Assembly: GCF_004010195.1 (NCBI RefSeq)
Contig: NC_057717.1
Coordinates: forward strand, 102,855,676 to 102,919,675
Direction of reading: 5' to 3'
Length of the DNA stretch: 64,000 nucleotides
Source of the DNA: Chiloscyllium plagiosum
Taxonomy: Eukaryota
A model generated the notes under the pieces. It worked only from the letters and a program-made list of their open reading frames with translations, was not told where the DNA came from and searched no databases. Made by a program: the position numbers and the translations under genes. Below, one piece after another: positions 37,456 through 49,310 of this stretch; positions within the stretch are counted from its first letter, which is position 1; each line of letters begins with the position of its first letter.

Positions 37456-39459
37456 TCTACAAAATGGCTACTCAACCCCAACCTGTACTCTGTTCCTATT
37501 GACATACCTGAGGGAAGTCAGAAGGTGGTTGACGTGGGAATTGAGAGAATCAGATCAGAACCCTTGGCGATTTGAAGGTGTGGGCTTTTGGAGGGATTCA
37601 AGACATGGGCAAGTTTTTTGATGATGCCTGATGAATGATTGGCAGTTTCCCTTGAGGTTTCTAGGGTGGGGTGGGGGTGGGGGTCCATGGGGGGTGGGGG
37701 GGTGGGGGAAGTGGAGAACAGTCATGGAAACCTTCTTTTGCCTCTAACCTGACATGACAGTGTTGGATACCCCGTCTGGTTCTTCACCTTCATGATCACG
37801 GCAACAATAAAAAAATCAGTGTGTAGCCTATTAATAGAGCAAAACGTCGATGGCCTTTTCAAAAGGGCAAACGTCACTTTTCCAATAAGTGTAGCATCTT
37901 GTCGCTCACTATCAGAAGAATCAGAAATTTACAAATCTAATATATATTGAGGGAAAAATAAAATGGGGTAAATCGATTTATACAGAATTGCTACAGACCC
38001 GTTTCAATTTTGGGGAAAAACCATGGGTCAACTCATACCAATTCTCCTTTGACCCTTGATCCAATTCCTCCTGCTTTTACTGTGATAGAAATGATTCTTC
38101 TCAAACCAAGTTTTCAAATGGTGCTAATCTCAAAATGCCAAAACTGTATTAAACTGTGTTGCTTGACTTTTTTTTTTGTTACAAAAAAGTAATTTATGGA
38201 GTTGTTATTTTTAGATGCTTCTTGATTGAGTGTTGGCATAATTTATTTCAGGTTAAGATGCCTTTGTGTATATAAATATTTTTTTTAAAACAAGAGGAAA
38301 GCATTTGGATTAGACCTATTAAGTCTTGGGCAGGGGCTAGAAATTCGCATTCACTTTAAGGGTCAGTAGTCTCAAGCTCCCAAAGGTATTGACCATTCGA
38401 AAGCCTTTTTAATAGTCCTTGTGGACAACATATTCTGGGGCTGTCTCTGAAAAGAGTTTCCTTAATTAACATCACTGCTAGCTGGGTTACTGAGGTAGGC
38501 TGATCCCATGTCAGATCACTCTGTGATTGGCTGTCCTCCCAGTAGACTCAGTCTGCCACAGCTGAGGGAGAGGAAACTGACCTGGTTTACCCTGTCCTAA
38601 GGGAAGCCCCAGTGATTTCCACTGGCATGAGTCCTCCAAGGTGGGAATTGGGAGAGTACTAAAGCCTTGGGCCTCATTCGCCCTATCCAACACTTCGCCA
38701 TCTTGGTTTGCAAATGGAGTGCGGCCATCTTGTGCCAGAGAACATTTGCTGTCTTGAAGGGATTGACTGGGGTTCTTGCCACATGGCGGATCCAAAGATC
38801 CTGTCATCACTTCGGTCTTAAAAGAAAACGATGAACTAAAAATTAGTTATAAAGTGGCTGCACCTGAACCTTTGGAGTTTCCCATCACCCACAGATCCAC
38901 CAGGATAACTGCAGAGTGTATGGCACCGGTTCAGGTCATTTGGCCCAATCTGTCCATGACGACGTATATATTACACCTGCCCCTCTCCTGCCATCCTTCC
39001 CCACCCAAATACTCTGTGTAATAAGAACACAATCTTCTCTTTTCTCCCCCTCATCCGTGATGGCACTCTTGCAGATGTATCAGTACTACTCAGTCCAAGC
39101 CACTCCCCGTGATAGTGAATTCCACTTTTTCACCACTCAACAGCAATATTATATCACAGAAGGCGCTCCTTCACTGCCTGCACTGCTTCTATTACCTGGT
39201 GCCAATTGTCCCCATATTCGTGCTTGCCATCTCCATCCAATGCCACTCTTAAATGCCTCAGTTGAACGTGCCTCCACGGCATTTCCAGGTGGTGCATTCC
39301 AAACCCTCTCAACTCACTGTCTGAAACGATATTTTTCTCTCTCAGATGGCCCTTACTTCATTTGCAGCTCACATTAAAATTGCACAGTCACTTTCTGGGT
39401 GAAAAGGCTTTCTGCAGAATTCCCCATTGAATGTCTTGGTGACTATGTTACCTTGACAA

Positions 39460-40303
39460 AGGTAAAAATCACACAATGCCAGGTTATAGTCCAACAGGTT
39501 TATTTGGAATCACTTGCTTTCAGAGCTCTGCTTCTTCATCAGGCGGTTGTGGAGCAGAATCATAAGACACATAATTTATAGCAACAGGATTGTAGTGTCA
39601 TGGAATGTAATATTAAATAAATTTAGCTTAAGTCTTTCATTTTTTAGATGACCATGTTAGTTTCAATCCCTTCAAACATAACTTCAAAAAAGTTCTGGGA
39701 TTTATGTTCTCAAGATAGCTTTAACAATAGATGCCATCTCACTCCAGATGAAGGTGTGAAGTTACAGTCTGTCTGTGTCCCAATGTCAGGTCCTGATTCT
39801 AATTCTTAAGTGGGAGTTACAGAATCTTATATGGATTTATGCAGTTTTTGAGCAGAAGAAAATGTAATTCTGCAAGTACAAATTCACCCCCCAAGTTTAT
39901 ATGTGTGTGTGTGTGTGTGCAGGGTAGACCAAGTGAGTGTGTGCATGTGGGTGTGTGTGTGTGCAGGGGAGACCAAGTGAGTGTGTGCATGTGGGTGTGA
40001 GCGTGAGCGTGAGCATATGAGAGAGAGCTTGTGTATGAGAGAGGGTCTGTGTGTGTGTGTATGCACACGCTTGAGTGTATGTGTGAGAGAGTGTGGTGTA
40101 GTGAGGCAATTTGTTGAATATTACATTCCATGACACTGCAATCCTGTTGCTTTCAATTCTGTGTCTTATAATTCTGCTCCACAACCACCTGATAAAGGAG
40201 CAGCGCTCTGAAAGCTAGTGTGCTTCCAAATAAACCTGTTTGACTATAACCTGGCGTTGTGTGATTTTTAACTTTGTACACCACCGGCACCACCAAACCA
40301 TGA
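39460..40303. mobile_element. Longer Penelope-like family A insertion with inverted ends and internal (TG)-rich tract
   Basis: Duplication TTACCTTGACAA at 39448-39459 and 40304-40315; both hammerhead copies carry substitutions. Confidence 0.85.
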
Positions 40304-40807
40304 TTACCTTGACAACCTCTGGCTCATGATCTTTCTCACAAAGTGGAAAGATTCTCTCTGTTAATGGTATCTGAAAACCATTGTCACATTCTTTCCTTTA
40401 GATATAAGTTGGGGTGCGGTGAGGGGGGAGTCTGGGATTGGGTAAGGGGAACCCAGAGTTATATACAGTTGGCACTGGGCCTGACTATCTTTGACCTGAC
40501 TAACCTCTACCCTCCCCGAGTTCCAGCTCAACCACACCTGTATCCTATCCCACTACCTGTCCCCATTGACTCAAGTTGGTTCCAAATTCACACCCCCATC
40601 CGCCCAACAGCCTCAAAATTGAATATTCCATGTTGCAATCCCATGGCGACACCCCATCCAATCAGAATCTGGTCTGCCTGCCCTGGGGATTAAGATTGAC
40701 AGTTAACTGCTCTTGCTGTATTTCCCTGTCAATGATGGCCCAACCATTAAGCACCCACTTCTCACGCTCGCCCTCCCCTACAGATTCATTCCTTACCTCT
40801 GCGGTTT

Positions 40808-41135
40808 GGGGAGGCGATGGCCTAGCGGTAGTATCACTAGTCTGTTAATCCAGCGACCCAGATAATGTTCCAGGGATCCAGGTTCAAATCCCACCACGGT
40901 AGATTGTGGAGTTTGTAATCAATAAATATCTGGAATTAAGGATCTAATGACTACTATAAATCCTTTGGCAATTGTCAAAAAAACCCATCTGTTTCACTAA
41001 TGTCCTTTAGGAAAGGAATCTGCCATCCTTACCTGGTCTGGCCTACATGTGACTCCAGACCCACAGCAATTTGGTTGACTCTTAACTGCCTTCTGGACAA
41101 TAAATGCTGCCCAGCCAGTAATGCCCTCATCCTGT
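40808..41135 (+). mobile_element. tRNA-derived SINE, family 2
   Basis: TGGCCTAGCGG A-box, GGTTCAAATCC B-box, same body as 6757-7055. Confidence 0.8.
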
Positions 41136-43224
41136 TAAAATATTTTTTAAAAAGATGAAGCATCTCTGCTTCTTGTCTCTTTTTAGCAAACGTTTAAAAT
41201 TCCAATTCCTCTTGTGGTTTTGACCTTCCTCACCTCCATTAGTGTCCTGCAAACCGGGAGCCTCTCTCCAGTCTCTGGTGTGTATCCCACGCTCCCTCTA
41301 CCCCACAGCGGTTGGCCCTGAGTTCAAGTACCTGGACCTCAAGCTGTTCTCCTTCAGCTTCCCTGCCTCCTTTATCTTCCAGAAAGTCAACCTGTTTGAC
41401 CTGGGCTCGAGCTTATTTCACCTTCTGTCCTGGGGAGGGGCTTATCTTCTCTGTGTTTCTGACAATGTTCAAAGTGCCTTGAAAGTAAATCCAACCCCCC
41501 CCCTCCAGTTTTCCTCCCCCACCACCACCACCATGTTAAAACGCAGTCGTACAAACTGGAGTTATTAAATTGTGGGGCTACTGACCTTTAGGATTGACAA
41601 GTGTGTATTAAAAGGAATTTCTACCTCTTCCTAAATGCTACTGTACATGTACTGCCACAATATCCTATACCACTGTGCCACACGCTGTACTCTGACACAT
41701 GGCAATGTACTGTGTCTACTCCACGTGCTCGGCTGTTATATAGGGGACGGGAAACATAAACAGGAATGCAAAATTCTACATGCTGCTGAATTCCTAGTTA
41801 GCGCACATATAGGGTGCTGGCATATGCTTTCTATATCAATAAGCAAACAAGTATTCATGTATCATTCTGAGTGAGGCTGGGTCAGAAACATCGTCCAAAC
41901 TCTCGAGTTTGTATTCTTCCAAGGGCCAAACTAAAACCAAAATATAATACAAGACTTTTCTGTACTTGCACTGGAACTAGAAATGCACAGCCATTCCGGG
42001 AGAAGGGGGGATTTAGAGGGCGCATGTGTTGTCGGTAATTTTAAGTGTGCAACTGAAACTCGAGAAGGGGTCTTGCAGCACAGTGGCAGTGTCCCTACGT
42101 CTGAGCCAGGAGGCCTGAGTTCAAGTCTCTCCTGCTCCAGAGGTGTGTCTGAACAGGCTGGTTAGAAAACATTACTGTAACTAAAATTGATCGGTTCGAC
42201 CGGACATCAGGTGACAGAGGGCAATTTGTTGCCGTAATTTGTTTTTTGTTTGTAGACCCTCGGGGTCAGGCATTCCTGGATCTTAGTGGGAGTGGTTCAA
42301 GACCCCACAGTTGTACCCAATCACTCAAGAGGGGGGGGTGGAGGGACGTATCATCAGTGCACTCCCAACATGAGCTGACCAGTGACTCCTGTTGGAGTTT
42401 CTCCATGAGTAGGTCTTGGGTTCAGGCTGAATTTGACCTCAAAGAGACCCTTCTCAGGCCCTCCAAGGTGCTGTGCTTGGACCATAGTTCTCTCTGAGCG
42501 CCTGGTGCTTCAGAACAAAGAGTGAAGGCACAGTGTCTGTGGGCCGAAGGGTCTGCGCCTGTGCAATTGTGTGCTTCACTATTTGAAAACAGGATGGGTG
42601 CTCCACTATGAAATGTAAAGATGGGTGCTATAAATCAACGGTCTTTTCTCATTAAGTCTGACTGACGTAAAAACATGTCTATTTAAGCATTTTTGCGAAT
42701 GTGACAAATTTCAGGTCACGCCATCCATCACCCCCCTGAAACCTTTAGGTTCCTTCCCTGCAGTGGACTCGTGCTGAATTCTTGTGGTGCTTTTCAGATT
42801 TGGCCCCTTGTGTATTATGATGTGTAATATCTGTTTGTACATTGGAATGTCAAGCACTGAACAAATACGGATTGTTTTGTCGTAAGGTCTGTAGCATATT
42901 AATGCAGTAAAAAATTGATATTCAGGAAAAAAATATGTAAATTTAGTTACAAAATTAAAAAAAAGATGCAACTGACTGTGTCTCAGAATTCTGCCTTTTT
43001 CTTTATCTTGCAGTTATTATTGTAACAAGGCCATTCAGCCCATCAGGCTGTTGCAATCCTCAGTCTCTACTCCTTGCACTGTAACATAAGAAGGTGACAG
43101 TGAATAACCTAATTTTACAGTGACAGCAGCAGTCATGTGTGAAAGACTGTGAGATAGGGATATCCAGTCTGTCCAAGTGAGGACTATTCCAACAGGAAGC
43201 AGTACGATGGCCAATGGTAGATGT

Positions 43225-43500
43225 AGAAAAGTCTTACAGCACAGAAACAGACCCTTTAGCCCAACTTGTCCATGCCAACCAGATCTCCCAAACTAAACTA
43301 GTCCCATTTGCCTGCGTTTGGCCCATATCCCTCTAAATTCATGTACCTGTCCAAATGTCTTTTAAATGTTGTAACTATACCTTCATCTGCCACTTCCTCA
43401 CATGAACTACCCGTCTGTGTGGAAAGGTCACCCCTCAGGACCCTTTTAAATCTTGCTCCTCTCGCCTTTTAAAATGATGCCCTCCAGTTTTGAACTTGGG
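43225..43500 (-). mobile_element. CR1 3' end
   Basis: Similar to 870-1130. Confidence 0.8.
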
Positions 43501-43728
43501 AGTCCTAGCTTAACAACTCGATGGTCGAGGAAGGCGCGTTCATAATGTGACCAAACGGATCGTCCAGAACATCCTTCCAACACATGACAATGGTGGATTT
43601 TAAGAGCAGCTCATGTGACGTAAAGAACATTGGAGACATGACCTCCACTCTCCAATCCTCTGAAATACGACAGCACATTAAAGTGAATGTCACTAAAGTA
43701 ACTCCGACTCTGTAAATGAACAGGAATA

Positions 43729-43901
43729 CAGAGGAACCTCGATTATCCGGCATTCGATAATCTGAATATCAGATTATCTGGCAAGACCTCAAGGTCCCGA
43801 TGCTTGGCTAAACTAAGTTATCCGGTATTCGATTATCCGGCATCGATTAACCGAACGAAATACTCCCCGGCCATGTCCTTTGGATAATCGAGGTTTGCTT
43901 G
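43729..43901. mobile_element. Tigger/pogo-like MITE
   Basis: TA then CAGAGGAACCTCGATTATCC ... GGATAATCGAGGTTTGCTTG imperfect TIRs; internal CGATTATCCGG repeats. Confidence 0.7.
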
Positions 43902-44401
43902 CATATAATTTGTGAACCAGCCTCTCTACCTTGAAAACTTCAGGCTTTATTTCCGCCATGTTAGTGAACAGCTGAGTTAGTGAAGGTCTCGATTTTCAGT
44001 CCTTGTTTTCCAAATTCCTTTATGCTTTGCCCGTCTCTGTCCCTTGTGACCACCTCCAGTTGGACAACACACTGAAATCTGGCTGCCGTCTCAATCTTGG
44101 TATCTTGTTGCCCCAACAAGGGCTGGCTCCCAATTTCCATCGCTTCAGAAATGGTGGCTAGATATCGAGGTCCCACACTCTGGAATTTCCTCCCCAACTC
44201 CTCCCTTTAAAGCTTGCTGTATTTCCTTGAGTTTTTGATAACTCTCCTGATATCTCTGTATCCGGCTCAGAGTCCAATCTTGACTGATAGCAGTTCTGCA
44301 AGCACCTTGAGATGTTTCTGCGTGATAAAGGTGCTATACAAATGAAGATTGTTGCTGCCGTTACATCTGAAAGTGACCTCTTTTGAACTCTTGAATCTGG
44401 C

Positions 44402-44805
44402 TTCATCAACTGCCTCCGTTGCTCTCGATGTGGCCTCCTCAACGTTGGGGAGATAGAACGCTAACTCGCGGGGTGGTTCAGGGAGTATCTCTGGGACACA
44501 CGCACGAAACAACCCCACCGCCCTGTAGCCAACTCCTTCCACTCTCCCAAGGAGGTGCCAGTCCTGGGCCTCCTCCGTCGCCAAATCAAAGCCACCCACC
44601 AACTGGAGGAATAACGCCTCATCTTCCGCCTCGGGACCCTATAACCACACAACGTCAACATCGATTTCACCAGTTTCCAAATCTCCCCGCCCCCCCACCT
44701 CTTTCCGGATCCAATGCTGAGGCGCTTATGCCTGAAACCTCGACCCCGCTGCTCCTCGGATGCTGCCTGACCTGCTGTGCTTCTCCAGCGCCACACTGTT
44801 CGATT
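44402..44805 (+). pseudogene. Penelope-like element GIY-YIG endonuclease C-terminal remnant plus family B 3' end
   Basis: Frame from 44402 reads FINCLRCSRCGLLNVGEIER*L..WFREYL...PVA.....VLGL......LEE*RLIFRLGTL*PH.VNIDF, followed by a decayed hammerhead at ~44717-44742. Confidence 0.85.
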
Positions 44806-45301
44806 TTTGAACTCCTGCCGAGCCAAGAGGTTGGCCATTGAATCCCCATTATCCGTAAATGTAGTGCAAAGTGTAGCTGCTGTTTCCTAGACAATCCCTT
44901 CAGCAGGAACTGTTTCTCAAGTTTCACTGATCACGTTTAACCACAGCACTCTAGGGAGGGAGAGAGAGAGAGAAGCTGTCCCCTAGGAACCTAAGCTGCA
45001 AAATCTTGGCAGTTTAAGTGGGAGGTATACATGTCTCTACCCACAGGGGAATACAAATCCTTTCATGAGTTGATGTGTGTGAGTGTCAAGCTCTGTTAAG
45101 ATGATTCAGTTCAACTAGCCCTAGAGAGTCACACAGCTGCTGTTATCCTAGTGAAGGAATACCAATTTCACTTTAAGAGTGTTAGAGATTACAGTAGGTG
45201 GATTCGCCTCTGTCTTCACCTCTGTCTCCCTCATGCATTTTCACTTTTTCATGGCTCATTATGTCTGAGGAAGATCTTTCTTCGCTATGTCTATTGCTGT
45301 G

Positions 45302-45530
45302 TTAAGTTAAAAATCACACAACACCAGGTTACAGTCCAACAGGCTTATTTGGAAGCACTAGCTTTCGGAACGCTGCTCCTTCATCAGGTGGTTGTGGAGC
45401 AGAATTTTGACCTGATGAATGTGCAGCGCTCCAAAAGCTAGTGCTTCCAAATAAACCTGTTGGACTGTAACCTGGTGTTGTGTGATTTTTAACATTGTCC
45501 ACTCCAGTCCGACACCAGCTCCTCCGCATC
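45302..45530. mobile_element. 229-bp non-coding fold-back Penelope-like insertion (family A)
   Basis: Arms 45306-45389 and 45410-45493, 37-nt tail, 15-bp duplication ATGTCTATTGCTGTG at 45287-45301 and 45531-45545; intact hammerhead on the minus strand at 45356-45390. Confidence 0.9.
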
Positions 45531-45804
45531 ATGTCTATTGCTGTGGTTGCAGTGGAACCGCAGCCTCCAAGGGTATGAGGATACGCCAGCCTTAGAATAA
45601 GAGATGAGGCAAAGGCTCCATCATTGTTTTGCTGAGATGGTGGGGGTTGAGGGCAGCTGGAGTGAAGTGAGCCTATATTTTTCAGTTTTAAAGAATAAGG
45701 CTTGATTACAGTGTAATCCTAGGAATTGTTGGTGGGCTTTGCGGGGTAGATGGTGACAGGATAACTGGGCAGCCTAGAGCAAGGGGATTACGGGGCCGAC
45801 CATC

Positions 45805-46330
45805 TGAGATAGTAAGACCGTAAGAAATGGGAAGATGACTAGGCCGTTCACCCCTCGAGCTTGTTGATCCAACATTCCTCACATCACTTTCCCACCCTTT
45901 CCCCATAACCCATTTGAATCTCTCTGTCTCAGCTTTAAGTATCCACAAGGTCTTTGTCCTCACAGCTCTCTGTAGCAAGGACTCACAACCTTGAGAGATT
46001 CCTCCTCATCTCATTCTTAAGTTGGTGCCCCTTTATTCTGAGACTGTGCCCTCCAGTCCTAGACTCTCCCAGGAGGGGAGCCATCCTCTCAGCATTGACC
46101 CTATCAAACCCCTTAAGAATCTGATATGGTTCAACAAGATCCCCTCTTATTCTTCTACTCTCCAGTGAATAGCGTCCCAACCTGTTTAACCTTTGCTCCT
46201 AAGCCAATCCCTCCATATTAGGGATCATCCTCTTAAACCTTCTCTGAATGACCTAAAATGCAATGGAAGCTTTCCTGAAATAAAGATATCAAAATTGCTT
46301 TCAGTCATCCCGATGAGGTCTGACCAGTAA
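45805..46330 (-). mobile_element. Decayed CR1 3' fragment
   Basis: YSLE.RRIRGDLVE.Y.ILKGFDRV. Confidence 0.85.
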
Positions 46331-46619
46331 GGAGGTGAGGAGACGGATTATGAATTTTGGGACTTTCCAGCTCAGACAGCGATGTCTGTTCAGTCATTGA
46401 CAATATTCAACACTATTGAAAGATTTTGGACATCTTAGATTCAAGGGATAAAGACATTGAGCGGAAAGATGCTGGTGATTTCAGAGATTAGCCATGTATT
46501 TACCGATAGAGACAACAGTGTTGCTGGAGTACAGCGCTTCCTCTAATTATATTTGTGTTCTTCTTAGCAAGTGACCAATAATAAGCATCTGGATTGGTTT
46601 TCTTAATGAGAGGTTGATT

Positions 46620-47080
46620 TTTGATTTGATTTGATTTATTGTTGTCACATGTACCGAGTTACAGTGAAAAGTTTTGTTTTGTGGGCAGTACAGGCAGATC
46701 ATACCATACTAACGGCGTAAGGATAATAGAACAGAGTGAGAAATTCGATGTTACAGCTGCAGAAAAGGGGAACAAACAGCGAGATCAACATTAAACCTGA
46801 AATATGAAAGTTCCTTTCAGAAGTCTAATAACAGCCAGGAAGGAGCTGTTGTTGAATTAGTTGGTAAGTGTATTCAAACTTTTGTATATTCTGTCCAATG
46901 GAAGAAGTTGGAAGAGATTATAACCGGGTGGGAGGGTTCTTTGATGATGTTGGCTGCCTTTCCGAGGCAGTGGGAAGTGTAGGTAGAGTCAATGGAATGG
47001 AGGCTGGTTTGTCTGGTGGACTGGGCTGTGTCCACAACTCTCCGTAGTTTCTGATGGTCTTAGACAGAGTGGTTGCCAAA
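46620..47080 (-). mobile_element. Rex1/Babar-type LINE 3' end
   Basis: Matches 23513-23760 and has a (TTTGA)n tail. Confidence 0.75.
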
Positions 47081-47851
47081 TGTGACTTAATTCTCTCTTT
47101 CCAAGTACAATTTCCTGCACTTCAATTTAATATTTAATCGACTGGAGCACTCTCCACTCTCATGGATCCAATGACTCTCTAGAAACTAAAGAATATTCAG
47201 GGCAAAGCAGCTCACTTCCTTGACAACCCATCCAAAGTCTCAAACATTTGATCCCTTCACCAATGATGCACAGAGGCAACACTGTGAGCCATCTGCACAA
47301 TATCGGGCAGCAACTCACTAAATGGTTTCTTTGACAACACCTTCCAAACCTGTGCCCTCTGCCACCATCTAGAAAGACGAGGACAGCAGATACAAGGGAA
47401 CACCTCCACCTGCAAGTCCCCCCTTCAAGCCACTCACCATCCTGACTTAGGAATATACCTTTACTGGGTCAAAATCGTGGAACTCCTTCCCTCACAGTAC
47501 TGCGGGCATTCTCATTTCCCAACGACTGAAGTAATTCAAGAAGCAGCTCACCACCAACTTCTCCAGGACAATCAGGGATAGATTATAACGTTATCCTGGT
47601 TGGCAGTGATGGAATAAGGAAAGAGTAAGCTCTTTACCCTGAGGAAATTTCTCAAATAAGCTGTAGCTTAGTAAAGCAAACAATTACGCTACACAAACAC
47701 ATCACCATCAAATTAAACAAAATCTTCGGTCTATGCATGACTGAGAATTGTTCGAACAACAATATATACATTTCCTGGCCCTCTAAATGCCAAATGCTTT
47801 TTGGAAAATAAATGTTAATCTGAAACAAACACGTTTGACGCCCATGTTGCC

Positions 47852-47913
47852 GTTCAGGCCTTCTCAATAAGTGTTCAGGCCTTCTCAATAAGTGTTCAGG
47901 CCTTCTCAATAAG
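47852..47913. repeat. 21-bp tandem repeat, 3 copies
   Basis: GTTCAGGCCTTCTCAATAAGT. Confidence 0.95.
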
Positions 47914-48186
47914 AGCAACCATTACAAAAGCAATTTATAAATGTGTATCCAGGTAGGAAATGGTGCCTTGGAACTAAGGAACCAAAATCTAGTTCATTTT
48001 TTTCATAATAGTCCTTTTAATTTTAAACCATAATTCCAGGAAGAATGTTTGCCAATGATAGACCACTTCAAGTCTTCAAGAACAGAAGTAAACCATTCAG
48101 TCCTTCCAGCACGCTCCCCCATTCAATAGGATCATTCCTAGCTCCCGCTTTCCTGTCCATTCCTGTGATTCCCTGACTGATCAAGA

Positions 48187-48265
<79 letters not shown>

Positions 48266-48294
48266 CATCTATCCATCTATCTATCTATCTATCT
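48187..48294. repeat. (ATCT)n microsatellite inside a CR1 fragment (~48080-48550, -)
   Basis: Read directly. Confidence 0.97.
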
Positions 48295-48937
48295 CAGCCT
48301 CAAACATACACAAGGACTCTGCCCTACAGCTCTCTGTGGCAAGGAGTTTCAAAGACTCACAACACTCTCAGAGAAGAAATTCCTCCTCATCTCAGTCTTA
48401 AATTGGCACCCCATCACTCTGAGGGTATACCCTGTGTACCCTGGACTCTCCCATGAGGGAAACATCCTCTCAGCATTAACCCTTAAGAATCTGATATGTT
48501 TCATTGAGATCGCTCCTCAGTCTTCTAAACTCCAGTGAGTAGGATTCCAACTCCGGGATTGATTGGTGGCAGGATCGCAAACAAGGAACACCCAAACAAT
48601 TTTACAAGAAGTGCAGCTCATCAAGTTATCGGAAAACACACAAAAGCAGAAATAGCTGGAGAAACTCAGCAGGTGTGAAAGAGAGAATCCGAGTGAAGGA
48701 TTTGAGTCCAGTAACCCTTCTTCAGAAGTGAAAGGAGAATGTCAGACACCCTGTCTACAAGGCTCTGTATTCCCTCCAGCCCTGGCTTGGGCAGCTTCCA
48801 GGATGTAGAAAGGTTCAAGTAATCCACATCTGATCCTGAGAGTCAGGTTGCCATGATGATTCTGTCCTTTTCTGTGTGCTCTTTATGAGCTGTAATTTAA
48901 CAAGTTTCTTTAGTCTGCTTCGATGAGTCGTTTTTAA

Positions 48938-49310
48938 GAATCGTAGAATCCCTACAGTGTAGAAAAAGGCCATTTGGCCCATCGTATCTGCACTAACCCT
49001 CTGAAGAGCATCCCTCTTCACTCTATCCCTGCAACTTCGCAATTCCCACAGCCAACCCACTCTAACTTACATATCCCTGGGCACTACAGGGCAATTTAGC
49101 ATGGCCAATCCACCCTAACCTGTACATCTCTGGACACTACGGGGCAATTTACCATGGCCAATCCACCCTAACCTGCACAGATTTGGGCTGTGGGAGGAAA
49201 CCCATGCAGACAGGGGGAGAATATACAAATTCCACACAAGAAGTCACCCAAGGCTGGAACTGAACATGGGGCCCTGGTGCTGTGAGACAGCAGTGCTAAC
49301 TACTGAGCCA
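48938..49310 (-). mobile_element. HE1-type SINE with internal duplication, followed by a (CA)-rich tract to ~49480
   Basis: Core and tail motifs; GGCAATTTA.CATGGCCAATCCACCCTAACCTG occurs twice. Confidence 0.85.

Larger units (their letters stand above)
34206..42975 (+). promoter_or_regulatory. Putative long 3'UTR with miR-29 seed sites and alternative poly(A) signals (AATAAA 34347, AATAAA 37806, ATTAAA 42954)
   Basis: TGGTGCTA at 38119, GGTGCT cluster 42467-42791, AU-rich and TGTA-rich end followed by GT/T-rich sequence. Confidence 0.5.
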
